Part shown: positions 1-9,212 of the stretch, piece by piece | Layout: every line of letters begins with the position of its first letter | Numbering within the stretch: the first letter of the stretch is position 1 | From: an uncultured Ktedonobacterales bacterium | GTDB taxonomy: Bacteria > Chloroflexota > Ktedonobacteria > Ktedonobacterales > JADMIN01 | Assembly: GCA_964416775.1 (NCBI GenBank) | Contig: CAYQFU010000001.1 | Coordinates: forward strand, 22,882-82,263 | Direction of reading: 5' to 3' | DNA: 59,382 nt | Translations under genes and position numbers: made by a program | The notes under the pieces: generated by a model | The model's input: only the letters and a program-made list of their open reading frames with translations | The model's database searches: none | What the model was told of the DNA's origin: nothing

Positions 1-241
1 CCGCAGATGTCGCAGATGTATGGGACGTGCCGCTCGCGATGCTCTCCTGGGTTGCGGCGGGGAGGGCGCGACCGTTCTGCTCAGCGGGGCGCGATTGATG
101 TGTCGCCATGAGTCAGCTTCCCCTTGCGTGTGCATGCGCCGTACGCGGGTCCATTGGGCGAGCGCGGGATGCGGGACTGGAGGCGGGCGCCTGACCCTGA
201 GGACAGTCAGGCGCCCGCGGCGAGGGCGTCCAGAGACGCCC

Positions 242-1162
242 CTATGGGGTGTGGGTGGCCGCCGGTGCCGCGGTGGTCGCGGTGGGAGCTGGCGGGGTAT
301 ACGGGACGTTCAGGGCCTGCTGGATCTGGTTCTGGAGGGTGGTGTAGGACACTTCGCCCGTCTCACCGCTGTTCCACGTGACGGTGCCGTTACGGTCGAC
401 GACGTACATCTGTGGATAGCCGACGACGCCATAGCTGTTGGCGACCTTCAGGCTGGGGTCGAAGAGGGCGGGGTAGGTGACGTGGAAGTTGTCCACGAAC
501 TGCTTGATGTCGTTCATGGTGATGGGGGACGTGTCGCCGGTCGCCTCGTAGTTATAGCCATATGGAGAGGCTGAGACGCTGAGGATCTGCACGCCCTGGC
601 CGCTATCCACGCTGGCGACCTGATTGAGGACGGTGGTCTCGTTGCGGCAGTGGGGGCACCAGGGAGCGAAAAACTCCAGCAGGACGACCTTGCCACGGTA
701 CTGGCCCAGGCCGTAATTGCCGCCTTGCTGGGCTGGCAGCGTGAAACCCGGAGCAGGCTTGCCGGCGGCGAGGGGCACGTTGGAGTTGTTGAGCTGGCCT
801 GGGGTAAACTTGAAGCTGGAGGCGGCGGTGCCGCGGATCCAGGCGAAGATGCCAATGGCGAGCACGGCGACGATGGTGAGGCCCAACACCCATTGATTGG
901 TGCTAAGGCCGGATGCGCGGACGGAGCGACGCCGGCTGTTTTTGCGGGAGGTGGTGACTGAGTCCGGAGTCACGCGGCTCGCCCTGCGATCCGAGGAACG
1001 GGCGGTGGACGTCTGGGTGGCCAGGCGCGCGCGTGCCTGCGGTGAGAGCCGGGCGGCCGGACGCGCGCCGCCGGCTCGGGTGGCCTGCGAGGCAGGGCGA
1101 CCCTGGCCGTGCGCAGTGGAGCGTTGTTGCGACATGCGGGGACTTCCTGTTCTGTGCGACAC
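242..1162 (-). CDS. TlpA/ResA-like thiol-disulfide oxidoreductase (thioredoxin fold), membrane anchored
   Basis: 306-aa ORF. Redox motif WCPHC in 'LLEFFAPWCPHCRNE'. One TM helix 'WVLGLTIVAVLAIGIFAWI' follows a ~100-aa Arg/Ser-rich N-terminal tail. Confidence 0.85.
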   Translation of the reverse strand: MSHRTGSPRMSQQRSTAHGQGRPASQATRAGGARPAARLSPQARARLATQTSTARSSDRRASRVTPDSVTTSRKNSRRRSVRASGLSTNQWVLGLTIVAVLAIGIFAWIRGTAASSFKFTPGQLNNSNVPLAAGKPAPGFTLPAQQGGNYGLGQYRGKVVLLEFFAPWCPHCRNETTVLNQVASVDSGQGVQILSVSASPYGYNYEATGDTSPITMNDIKQFVDNFHVTYPALFDPSLKVANSYGVVGYPQMYVVDRNGTVTWNSGETGEVSYTTLQNQIQQALNVPYTPPAPTATTAAPAATHTP

Positions 1163-1460
1163 GGAACGGTGCGTCGAGATGTGTGATGAGTGCGGGTTGG
1201 CCCATGATGATGCATGTCACTTGTGGCCGAGGTCCGCAACGTTAGTATATATGATCGAGAGCGGGCACGAAAGGTGTGAATGCCCCGCGGGTGCCGCGGG
1301 CCAAGGGCCACGGCCACGCTGGCACGAAAACGGCGGGGACAAGGGCCTATTGTGCGCCGCCGTTCGTTCACATCATAGGAACCTGAATGGGCCAGCCAGC
1401 GCTGCATGGCGTTGGATGTGAGCGGCTGTCGAGGCAAACGGGACCTGGAGGAGGAACCAC

Positions 1461-2477
1461 GTGCGAGGGACGCAGGCACAACCGCAGGCACAACCGAGTG
1501 GGCGGAGCTGGGCGCTGACAGCGCTCGGGTTGGCGGCGGGAATCGGCGCGATCGCGGTGGCGAACCGGCTGATCGCGATGTCGGCGGGGGAGCTGTACAG
1601 CGTGCTGGAGGGGGAAGAAGGCCGCTACGCCTGGGAACACGGCGACATCTTCTATACCGTCCGCGGGCGCGGGGCGCCGCTGCTGCTGGTGCACGGCATC
1701 TATGCCGGCGCGTCCTCGTTCGAGTACCGGCGGGTGTTCGAGCCGCTGTCGCACGAGTTCCGGGTGTACGCGCTGGACTTGCTGGGCTTCGGATTGTCGG
1801 CGCGGCCGTCAGTGGTGTACACACCGCAGCTCTACATCCGCCTGATCGAGGACTTCACCCGGCAGGTGATGGGCGGAGCGGACCATCCGGTGTCCGTCGT
1901 CGCGTCATCGCTGAGCGCGGCGTTCGCGATCCACGCGGCGGCGGACCGGCCCAGCCTCTTCGAGCGGCTGGTGCTGATCGAGCCGACCGGGCTGGAGGTG
2001 CTGAACGCGCCGCGGGTGACGCCCGAGCGGCAGGTGGCACGCGGGGTGTTGCGATCGCCCGTCGTGGGAGAAGGGCTCTATAATCTGGTGGCGTCGCGCC
2101 CGAGCATCCGGTATTACCTGGGGCACCAGGCGTATGCCGACGCGGCAGCGGTGACGGATGAGCTGGTGGACTATTACTACCTGACGGCGCACCAGGCAGG
2201 GGCGCGTTATGCGCCGGCGAGCTTCATCAGCGGGACGCTCGATACGCCCGTGGGCGGGGTGTATCCAGAGCTGCGGCAGCCGATCCTGCTGGCATGGGGC
2301 AAGGACGCGCGCATCGCCCCGCTGGAGCAGGCGCGGGCGTTCCGCGAGGCGAACCCGGGAACGGAGCTGCGGGTCTTCGACTCGGGTGCCCTGCCACAGG
2401 ACGAGATGCCCGAGGAGTTCGCGCGCGAGGTGGCGCTCTGGCTGCGCGCGGGGAGCGGCAGCCGGCGGACGCGGTGA
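1461..2477 (+). CDS. alpha/beta-fold hydrolase
   Basis: 338-aa ORF with GTG start preceded by GGAGGAGG. 'PLLLVHGIYAGASSFEY' oxyanion-region pattern and late 'ILLAWGKDARIAP' pattern typical of the fold. Confidence 0.8.
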   Translation: MRGTQAQPQAQPSGRSWALTALGLAAGIGAIAVANRLIAMSAGELYSVLEGEEGRYAWEHGDIFYTVRGRGAPLLLVHGIYAGASSFEYRRVFEPLSHEFRVYALDLLGFGLSARPSVVYTPQLYIRLIEDFTRQVMGGADHPVSVVASSLSAAFAIHAAADRPSLFERLVLIEPTGLEVLNAPRVTPERQVARGVLRSPVVGEGLYNLVASRPSIRYYLGHQAYADAAAVTDELVDYYYLTAHQAGARYAPASFISGTLDTPVGGVYPELRQPILLAWGKDARIAPLEQARAFREANPGTELRVFDSGALPQDEMPEEFAREVALWLRAGSGSRRTR

Positions 2478-2796
2478 GCGGTCCCCGGTCCCGACCCGTG
2501 TCTCCTGCGGCGGAAAGGGAATCGCCGGCCGCTGCGGATGTGATATGCTTCTAGGCGCATCCTCGCATGCTGACGATCATCGACGCGACACGGCGCCAGG
2601 AGGGCGACGCGTCGCGACGTCTCGCGATGTTTCGCGCGTGAGCTGCATGTGGTGCGCGGTGCGCCATATCCAGGTGGCAACTGGTAGTAACTGCCGGTGG
2701 ATACCCAGACTGGATGGCCCGCGACCGGATTATGTATATGTGTGCAGGCGCACTGCCCAGCATAGGTATGCGTCTGCGCGATAGTGGAGAGCGATC

Positions 2797-4209
2797 ATGG
2801 CCAAGACCCCGCCGTCCAACCCGAAGGGCACGCGCGACTGGCTGCCGCGTGACCTGGTGTTTCGCAATCGGGTGTTTGGGCAGCTGCGCGAGACGTTCGA
2901 GCGCTATGGCTTCGAGCCATTGGAGACCCCGGCGGTCGAACAGACGAGTGTCCTCGAAGGGAAATACGGCGAAGAGGGCGACCGGCTGCTGTTTCGTGTG
3001 CTGAAGCGAGGCCATGACCTGGAAGTGGCGGCACAGCGCGTGGCAGCCATGCCGGAGGAAAAGCGGACGGCGGCGGCGCTCGCGCGGGAATTGGCGGACA
3101 TGGCGCTGCGCTATGACCTGACGGTGCCGTTCGCGCGCGTGGTGGCAGCGCACCTCAACGAACTGGCGCTGCCGTTCCGGCGCTATCAGATTCAGCCGGT
3201 GTGGCGGGCGGACCGGCCACAGCGCGGTCGCTACCGCGAGTTCTACCAGTGCGACGTGGACTGCGTGGGAAGCAAATCGGTGACCGTCGAGGCGGAGATG
3301 CTGGCGATGGTCAATGAAGTGTTCAGCACGCTGGGCTTCGAGGACTTCACCATGCGCATCAACCATCGCGCGCTGCTGGACGCGCTGATGGAGGTGGCGG
3401 GCGTGCCGGTGGAGCGGCGCGTGGCCGCACTGACGATCATGGACAAGCTGGACAAGATCGGCGCCGCGGGGGTGCGTGAGGAGCTGGAGAAGGCGGGGAT
3501 CACGGAGTCGGCCACCGGCAAGCTCATGGAAGTGGCGGCGCTGTCGGGCACGCCAGAGGTCATCCTGGAGGCGCTGGGGCCGCTGGTGGGTGGCAATGCC
3601 AATGGGGAGACGGCGCTACGGGAGCTCGGAGAGCTGTTCGGCTATCTGGCGGCGATGGGGATACCGGCGGACCGGTATCGCTTCGACGTCTCCGTGGTGC
3701 GAGCGCTATCATATTACACCGGGATCATCTACGAGACCGTGGCGGCAAGAGCCAACGTCGGCTCACTGGCGAGCGGCGGACGGTACGACCGGCTGATCGG
3801 GATGTTCCTGGGCCGCGAGCTGCCATGTGTGGGTATCTCGTTTGGGATCGATCGCATGTTCGACGCGATGGCAGCGCTTGGGCTGGCTAGCGATGAGGCC
3901 AGTACGACGACGCAGGCGCTGGTGACGCTCTTCGCGCCGGAGACGGTGGCGGCATCGTTCGCGCTGGCAGCTGATCTGCGGCGAGCGGGGATCCGCACGG
4001 AGGTATACGCGGACGTGCGCGAGCTGCGTCCACAGTTGGCCTTCGCCAGCAAGAAGGGCATTGCCCTGGCGTGCATCCTGGGGCCGGACGAGGTGGCGCG
4101 AGGAGAAGTGACGCTGCGTGATCTGCGCGATGGGACGCAGCGGGCCGTGCCGCTGGCGCGCGCGGCGGATGAGGCGCGGACGCTGCTGGGCAGCGCGGCG
4201 GGGGCCTGA
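2797..4209 (+). CDS. hisS: histidine--tRNA ligase
   Basis: 470-aa ORF. N-terminus 'PKGTRDWLPRD...FERYGFEPLETPAVE', 'RYRFDVSVVRALSYYTGIIYE' and 'GGRYDRL...GISFGIDR' are class-II HisRS motifs. SD GGAGAG lies upstream. Confidence 0.95.
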   Translation: MAKTPPSNPKGTRDWLPRDLVFRNRVFGQLRETFERYGFEPLETPAVEQTSVLEGKYGEEGDRLLFRVLKRGHDLEVAAQRVAAMPEEKRTAAALARELADMALRYDLTVPFARVVAAHLNELALPFRRYQIQPVWRADRPQRGRYREFYQCDVDCVGSKSVTVEAEMLAMVNEVFSTLGFEDFTMRINHRALLDALMEVAGVPVERRVAALTIMDKLDKIGAAGVREELEKAGITESATGKLMEVAALSGTPEVILEALGPLVGGNANGETALRELGELFGYLAAMGIPADRYRFDVSVVRALSYYTGIIYETVAARANVGSLASGGRYDRLIGMFLGRELPCVGISFGIDRMFDAMAALGLASDEASTTTQALVTLFAPETVAASFALAADLRRAGIRTEVYADVRELRPQLAFASKKGIALACILGPDEVARGEVTLRDLRDGTQRAVPLARAADEARTLLGSAAGA

Positions 4210-4233
4210 TGGCCCGCGGGGAGGCGGCCAGCG

Positions 4234-5421
4234 ATGATGGTGGTGTTCTGGCTGCTGGGCGCGGTGAGCGCGCTCGGGATTGCCGGCTGTGCTGTCGCTA
4301 CCATCACCGTGGTGCGGCGATTCTCTGAAGCGGGGACGGGTGACGTGCCTCACGAGGCGCCGCCTGCGCTGTCGATGATCGTGCCCATCAAGGGCGCGGA
4401 CGCGCACACAGCGCGCAATCTTTCGGCGCTGGTGGCGTCCGATGTGCCTGGGCCGGTCGAGTACCTGTTCGCCATGGAGTCCACCGATGACCCGGCCTAT
4501 GAGGTGTGCGAGACTGTGCGGCACAGCCACCCGGATAAGGCCATTCGCGTCGTGCTGACGGGACCGGCCGAGGGGCGCATGGGCAAGCAACATAACCTTG
4601 CGGTTGCGGAGCGGCAGGCACGCTATGACGTCATCGGCTCGATGGACGCGGACGTGTGGGTGGATGCCGATACACTGGCGACTGGTCTCGCACGACTGAG
4701 CGAGCCGCGTGTGGGGGTCGCGTACTTCCTGCCCTGCTACTGGGGCGGCGGGCCGGTGGGAGGCGCGCTGGTCGCGCTCTACACGAACTACTCGTTCGCA
4801 TTGAACATGGCGGCGCTGGCGCTACAGCGGGACCAGGCGTTCATCATCGGCAGTCTGTGGCTCATGGCGCGCGACACACTGCAACGGATTGGCGGGCTGG
4901 AGCAGTTCTGCGCCACGGTGAGCGACGACGCGGCCATCGGCGCGGCTGTCGCCAGGCACGGGCTGCGCAACGTGCTGGTCCCGCGGGCGGTGCGCATTCC
5001 CTTCGAGCCATTAGGGCTGCGCGGCGGGGCGACGCATGTGTTGAAGTGGCTGGCCATGTTGCGCGCCGAAGGGCTGGCCGCGTATAGCAGCATCCTGGCG
5101 CTGTGGCATCCCGTCCTCTGGGCGGCGATAGCGGTGGTCGCGGCCCTGGCGTTGCGCGGGCCCCGGGCCGTATACCTGGCGTACGGCGTTGGGTTGCTGG
5201 CATCCGCGATCCTGATCAGGATCGCGAGCGCGCTGTGGTTGAACCGCCGAGTGTACCACATGGCGGCGACTGGGCTCGCGCTGCTGCTGGCACCATACGA
5301 GTTACTGGCGGTACCCGTGCTGTTTGGGCTGGGGCTGTTCCGGCACACCATCGAATGGCGGGGGCGGCGCTATCGGCTGGGCCACCACGGGGTCATCCAG
5401 GGAGTAGCCGAGGCCCGGTGA
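4234..5421 (+). CDS. membrane glycosyltransferase, family 2 (Glyco_transf_21 / HpnI / ceramide-glucosyltransferase-like)
   Basis: 395 aa. N-terminal TM, 'LSMIVPIKGAD', 'SMDADVWVD' (DxD-type), 'VSDDAAIG', C-terminal TM helices. Confidence 0.75.
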   Translation: MMVVFWLLGAVSALGIAGCAVATITVVRRFSEAGTGDVPHEAPPALSMIVPIKGADAHTARNLSALVASDVPGPVEYLFAMESTDDPAYEVCETVRHSHPDKAIRVVLTGPAEGRMGKQHNLAVAERQARYDVIGSMDADVWVDADTLATGLARLSEPRVGVAYFLPCYWGGGPVGGALVALYTNYSFALNMAALALQRDQAFIIGSLWLMARDTLQRIGGLEQFCATVSDDAAIGAAVARHGLRNVLVPRAVRIPFEPLGLRGGATHVLKWLAMLRAEGLAAYSSILALWHPVLWAAIAVVAALALRGPRAVYLAYGVGLLASAILIRIASALWLNRRVYHMAATGLALLLAPYELLAVPVLFGLGLFRHTIEWRGRRYRLGHHGVIQGVAEAR

Positions 5422-5593
5422 TCGACGCTCGCCAGGAAACAACGGGTTGGCGGCCGAAGGCCCGAGCAGATGCGCTACGGCATGCGCGTGCAGGGGTTGA
5501 ACATCAGCATGAACGTGGGAGCTGTTCTATGGCGCGCCATGGGTTGGCATTGTCTCGTCTCTTTCGCTCTCGAAACAAGCGCATCGAGCAACC

Positions 5594-5986
5594 GTGACGC
5601 CGCAGCGCGACGGCGACATCCCCCCGTCAGCCGAGCTGGGTCTGGCGCTGGCGCGAGCCAATGGTTTCAGCCTTGACGACCTGGAGGCCACTCGCGACGG
5701 GGTGCTCTCGCGGCGCCAGAACGTGCATCTGGCTGGTACTGTTGGGTTCATAGCCGCGATGGCCGCGCTTTTGGGGATCGCACTCCCAGCCGGCATTCTC
5801 ATTGTGAATTTGCCCGAGGCGCGACCTGGGCCCTGTTTCGCGTACACTGCGCTGGTCCCCGGCCTACGCTACACGATCTTGTTCACGCCGCGCACGGATA
5901 CACTGCTGAGTATCGAGCCGCTGGGTGATCACGAGGGCGCGGGTGACCCAGTGCGTGGGCCGGCCGGCGGTGAGCGGCCGGCATGA
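5594..5986 (+). CDS. hypothetical small membrane protein
   Basis: 130-aa ORF with GTG start. One hydrophobic helix 'GTVGFIAAMAALLGIALPAGILIV'. No recognisable domain. Confidence 0.35.
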   Translation: MTPQRDGDIPPSAELGLALARANGFSLDDLEATRDGVLSRRQNVHLAGTVGFIAAMAALLGIALPAGILIVNLPEARPGPCFAYTALVPGLRYTILFTPRTDTLLSIEPLGDHEGAGDPVRGPAGGERPA

Positions 5987-5993
5987 CGGCGAT

Positions 5994-7808
5994 CTACGCA
6001 ATGTAGAACACGGGGCCCTTGGGCACGAACGGCAGCGAGCGGCCGGCGGGCATCAAATACGCGTGCTCGCGGCGGACGCGCAGCACATCGCACTTGCCAT
6101 CGGTGATGATGAGAAGGGGTCCATCCTCAGGGAAATCTTCGGCGCGCTCCAGCAGATCGATGCCGGGTTGAAGGACGGTGCCGCCGCGACCGCGTACCTT
6201 CACTGTCTCGGCGATGGCATCGGGGGGCATGTAGCCCTGATCATAGGCGGCGGCGTCGCAGAACACGACACGCGCGGCGGGGACGTCGCGCGAGAGGCTG
6301 TAGCTCGCGATGGCACCGAGCGTCTTCGCCAGGAGCTTGCGGTCCATGGAGCCGGATGTGTCGAGCAGGACGCCAAAGGTACGGCCGTCTTCCCAGTTCG
6401 GCGGGGGAACCCAGCGTGGGCGCGGGATGTCGGGGGTGGAGGACTGGTGGCGGCTGGGCCTGGCGTACGAGCGCACCTTCTCGACCGGCGGGAAGTAGTG
6501 GTCGAACCAGCGGGCCAGCTCAACGTCCCACGGAATGGGCGGCTGGCTGAGCGCCTCGATCTCTTCGATCAGGCCCGCGGGAAGGAAGCCGCGCCCCTGG
6601 TCTTGATGGTACGTCAGGCCCTGGCTGAGGCAGTCGCGATAGAAGCCGTCCAGGGCGACGCCGTCGCCGAGCCGCCACCAGTCCGGAGTCCGCGGCTCCA
6701 GGATGTCGCTCAAGCCGACGCCGCGCAACGTCGCGAGCTTGCGATAGCGGCGCAGGTCGGTAACGATGCGGTCGTAGATGCTCTCGGCGGACTCGCCCTT
6801 CAGCTCGGGGTCATGGAGCGCGCCAATGCGCGGCATGTCGCCGACATGCATTTCCAGGAGCCAGCCGTTGATCACATAGTCGCAGGCGACATTCCAGAGG
6901 TAGGGGTCGCGGCCCTGGCGGCGAGCGTCGTGACGCAGGCCGACATGGAGCAGCTCGTGCGCCATGACGAAGCGGCACTCGTGCTCCGTCAGGACGGCCT
7001 GCGGGTTGAAGAAGATTTCGCGGCTCTCGACGTCCACAGCGGCGACGGAGATTTCCATGCGGCGGCACACCTCAGCATCCTCGACGATGCGAAAGCTGGC
7101 GGCCAGGGACCCCAGCAGGGGATAGCTGCTGATGAACCAGGAGCGGGCGCGCTGGGCGGGGGTCTGCATGCGCTGGGAGGAGCCCAGAGATGGCGTGAGG
7201 CCCGCCGCGACCTCCACGGCGCTGTTGACGGCGGCAACCAGCCCCTCGCCGAGGACGTCGGCCCAGCGTGTCTGCCGCCACGGGGAGATACGCTGCCGCA
7301 CCACGATATCGCCTGCATGGAGGCCAGCAGTGCCGCCGGCGAGCGGCGGATCGGGCAGGCCGCGCTCGCAGAACAGCTCGTAAACGCGCTCCTCGGTGGT
7401 GGCGGGCGGCTCGTCGCGGTAGAGCAGGTCCTCGGGGGCACGGCCAAACTTGAGGGCGGAGAGAAAACGGGCGACGAAGAGGTCGCAGGCCGCGTTCCAC
7501 TCGCGCGGCTGAGGGCGGGCGCGCACGTGGTCGAAGCCGAGGTGCAGGAGGCAGTGCGCCATGACGTAGGCCCACTCTTCCGGTGCTGCGCGGCGAGTTG
7601 GGTGGACGTGCACTTCGCCGTCGCTCGTGACGACGGCCCAGCCGTCCGCGGGGCATAGATTGCCGGCGTAGCGTAGGATGTGGGCGTGGAGCCAGAGCGG
7701 GCGGAAGATGGGGTGCTTTTCCAGCAGCGCCACGCCCTGCTCGAAGTGCTCGCGCGCGATGTCGCGGGGAGCGCCGGAGCCAGCGGCTGGGGTGCGCTTG
7801 CGCGGCAT
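5994..7808 (-). CDS. VWA-domain protein with tandem zincin-like (DUF2201_N-type) modules
   Basis: 604 aa. C-terminal VWA/MIDAS-like 'FGVLLDTSGSM ... LLIITDG'. Two homologous upstream segments: 'YVMAHCLLHLGFDH..WNAACD' and 'FVMAHELLHVGLRH..WNVACDYVIN'. Start codon lies 1 nt after the stop of the AAA+ gene. Confidence 0.85.
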   Translation of the reverse strand: MPRKRTPAAGSGAPRDIAREHFEQGVALLEKHPIFRPLWLHAHILRYAGNLCPADGWAVVTSDGEVHVHPTRRAAPEEWAYVMAHCLLHLGFDHVRARPQPREWNAACDLFVARFLSALKFGRAPEDLLYRDEPPATTEERVYELFCERGLPDPPLAGGTAGLHAGDIVVRQRISPWRQTRWADVLGEGLVAAVNSAVEVAAGLTPSLGSSQRMQTPAQRARSWFISSYPLLGSLAASFRIVEDAEVCRRMEISVAAVDVESREIFFNPQAVLTEHECRFVMAHELLHVGLRHDARRQGRDPYLWNVACDYVINGWLLEMHVGDMPRIGALHDPELKGESAESIYDRIVTDLRRYRKLATLRGVGLSDILEPRTPDWWRLGDGVALDGFYRDCLSQGLTYHQDQGRGFLPAGLIEEIEALSQPPIPWDVELARWFDHYFPPVEKVRSYARPSRHQSSTPDIPRPRWVPPPNWEDGRTFGVLLDTSGSMDRKLLAKTLGAIASYSLSRDVPAARVVFCDAAAYDQGYMPPDAIAETVKVRGRGGTVLQPGIDLLERAEDFPEDGPLLIITDGKCDVLRVRREHAYLMPAGRSLPFVPKGPVFYIA

Positions 7809-7809
7809 G

Positions 7810-8949
7810 CTACTTCTCCACCAGACGAGGCAGGTCGCGAACGATCTCGACCATGAGCCAGCCAGGCAGCGCCTCGCCGTCCTGGTCGGCGACCACCATC
7901 TGGGCCATCTCCAGGCTGATGGCCGCGAGGTCCTTGATGAGCGCCTTGGCGCGGTGAGCCAGCTGCCGATGTGAGTCGGCGCGGGCCGCGGCGTCCTGGG
8001 GCAGCTCCTTGATGAGATGGGCGCGAAACGACTGGGAGAGGAAGTAGAGCACGTCCCTATCTTCTGGCAGGGCGGGCCAGCTCATGTCGCCTTTGAGGAT
8101 GGCGTTGAGGCGGTACTTGCCGCGGACCTGCTTCACGAACGCCTTGAACTGGCCGGCGTGGTGCGGTGAGAGGCAGCCATAAGCCAGCACGCCAAGCCAC
8201 TCTTCGCCGATACCCTCGCCGTAGCCCTGGAGGGCGTCACTCAGCATGTGCCAGGAGCGAGGCGTGGAGAACGGCTCCTCGTGCTTGGGCGGCTGGCTCC
8301 AGAGGTGATCCGGCCGGGTCTGGATGTATTCGGTGACGAGGTGGTGGATGCCATTCGCATAGGCCCATTCCAGCCAGTCGCGGTGAGAGACCTTGAGGTG
8401 GACGTGGATCATGCGATTGAGCAGGGCTGAGGACATCGGCTTGACGATGGCACTGTCCTGGGCGCGGTTGCCGGCGCCGATGACGATCGACCCGGGTGGC
8501 AGCATGTACTCTCCGATGCGGCGCTCGTGGATCAGGCTGTAGAACGCCTTCTGCACCTCGTGAGAGCAGGCGTTCAGCTCGTCGAGGAACAGGCAATACG
8601 GCTCCTGCCGGGCGATCATGCTCGGCGGGCAGAAGCGGCTGGTGCCGTCCACGATCTGGGGCACGCCGATGATGTCTTCGGGCGCGAGCTGGCTGCCCAG
8701 CAGCGAGACACAGGGAAGGCCGACCTGGGCGGCGAACTCCTGGACCAGCGAGGACTTGCCGATGCCAGGCGGCCCCCAGATGAAGACGGGACGCGCTGGC
8801 GCCACGTTGAGCAGGAAGTCGGCGAGCTGCTTTTGCGTGACGGTGGTGCTCGAATTCACGCGCGCAATGAGTCCCTTCACGGAGGAGACGGAGCGGCCCC
8901 GGCCCGCCCTGGGAGCCGGCGGCCTACGGTCTTCCTCAGCCAAGGACAC
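7810..8949 (-). CDS. MoxR-like AAA+ ATPase (AAA_5 type)
   Basis: 379 aa. Walker A 'GPPGIGKS', Walker B 'CLFLDELN', sensor region 'IGAGNRAQDS', 'LLNRM'. Exact start uncertain (GTG at 8949). Confidence 0.9.
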   Translation of the reverse strand: MSLAEEDRRPPAPRAGRGRSVSSVKGLIARVNSSTTVTQKQLADFLLNVAPARPVFIWGPPGIGKSSLVQEFAAQVGLPCVSLLGSQLAPEDIIGVPQIVDGTSRFCPPSMIARQEPYCLFLDELNACSHEVQKAFYSLIHERRIGEYMLPPGSIVIGAGNRAQDSAIVKPMSSALLNRMIHVHLKVSHRDWLEWAYANGIHHLVTEYIQTRPDHLWSQPPKHEEPFSTPRSWHMLSDALQGYGEGIGEEWLGVLAYGCLSPHHAGQFKAFVKQVRGKYRLNAILKGDMSWPALPEDRDVLYFLSQSFRAHLIKELPQDAAARADSHRQLAHRAKALIKDLAAISLEMAQMVVADQDGEALPGWLMVEIVRDLPRLVEK

Positions 8950-9212
8950 AGCATATCACACGTCGAGCCACGGTTGCTGGGTTCGGAGGCGTACGGGGCG
9001 CTAACCTGTTGCGGACCGAAGCGGCGAAGGCAGGCGGAACGTTGACCCCGAGCCAGACCGCGAGTCAGGCAACGCGGATAAGCGTGCCCACGTAACTGGT
9101 CCGCTCTTGACGGCTGGCCCGTGTTCCGGCATGATAGCTCTGCCCCACCCCCTCTTGCTGCCGTCGGCGCGAGGGGCTGGTGGAAAGGACTTTCATACCG
9201 GAGCGCACGACT

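Noticed and set aside
2640-2720. T-box riboswitch upstream of hisS ('GTGGTGCGCGGTG' and 'CCGGTGGATACCC' resemble GGUGGUACCGCG)
   Set aside because: Neither site matches the conserved T-box sequence well. I could not find a Stem I specifier loop with a CAC/CAU codon, a K-turn or an AG-bulge. The likely promoter elements lie downstream of these sites.
5925-7658. 577-aa plus-strand ORF
   Set aside because: It is antisense to the VWA/peptidase gene. It has no motifs and junk composition (A/G/D/R-rich). The minus-strand frame carries HExxH and MIDAS motifs.
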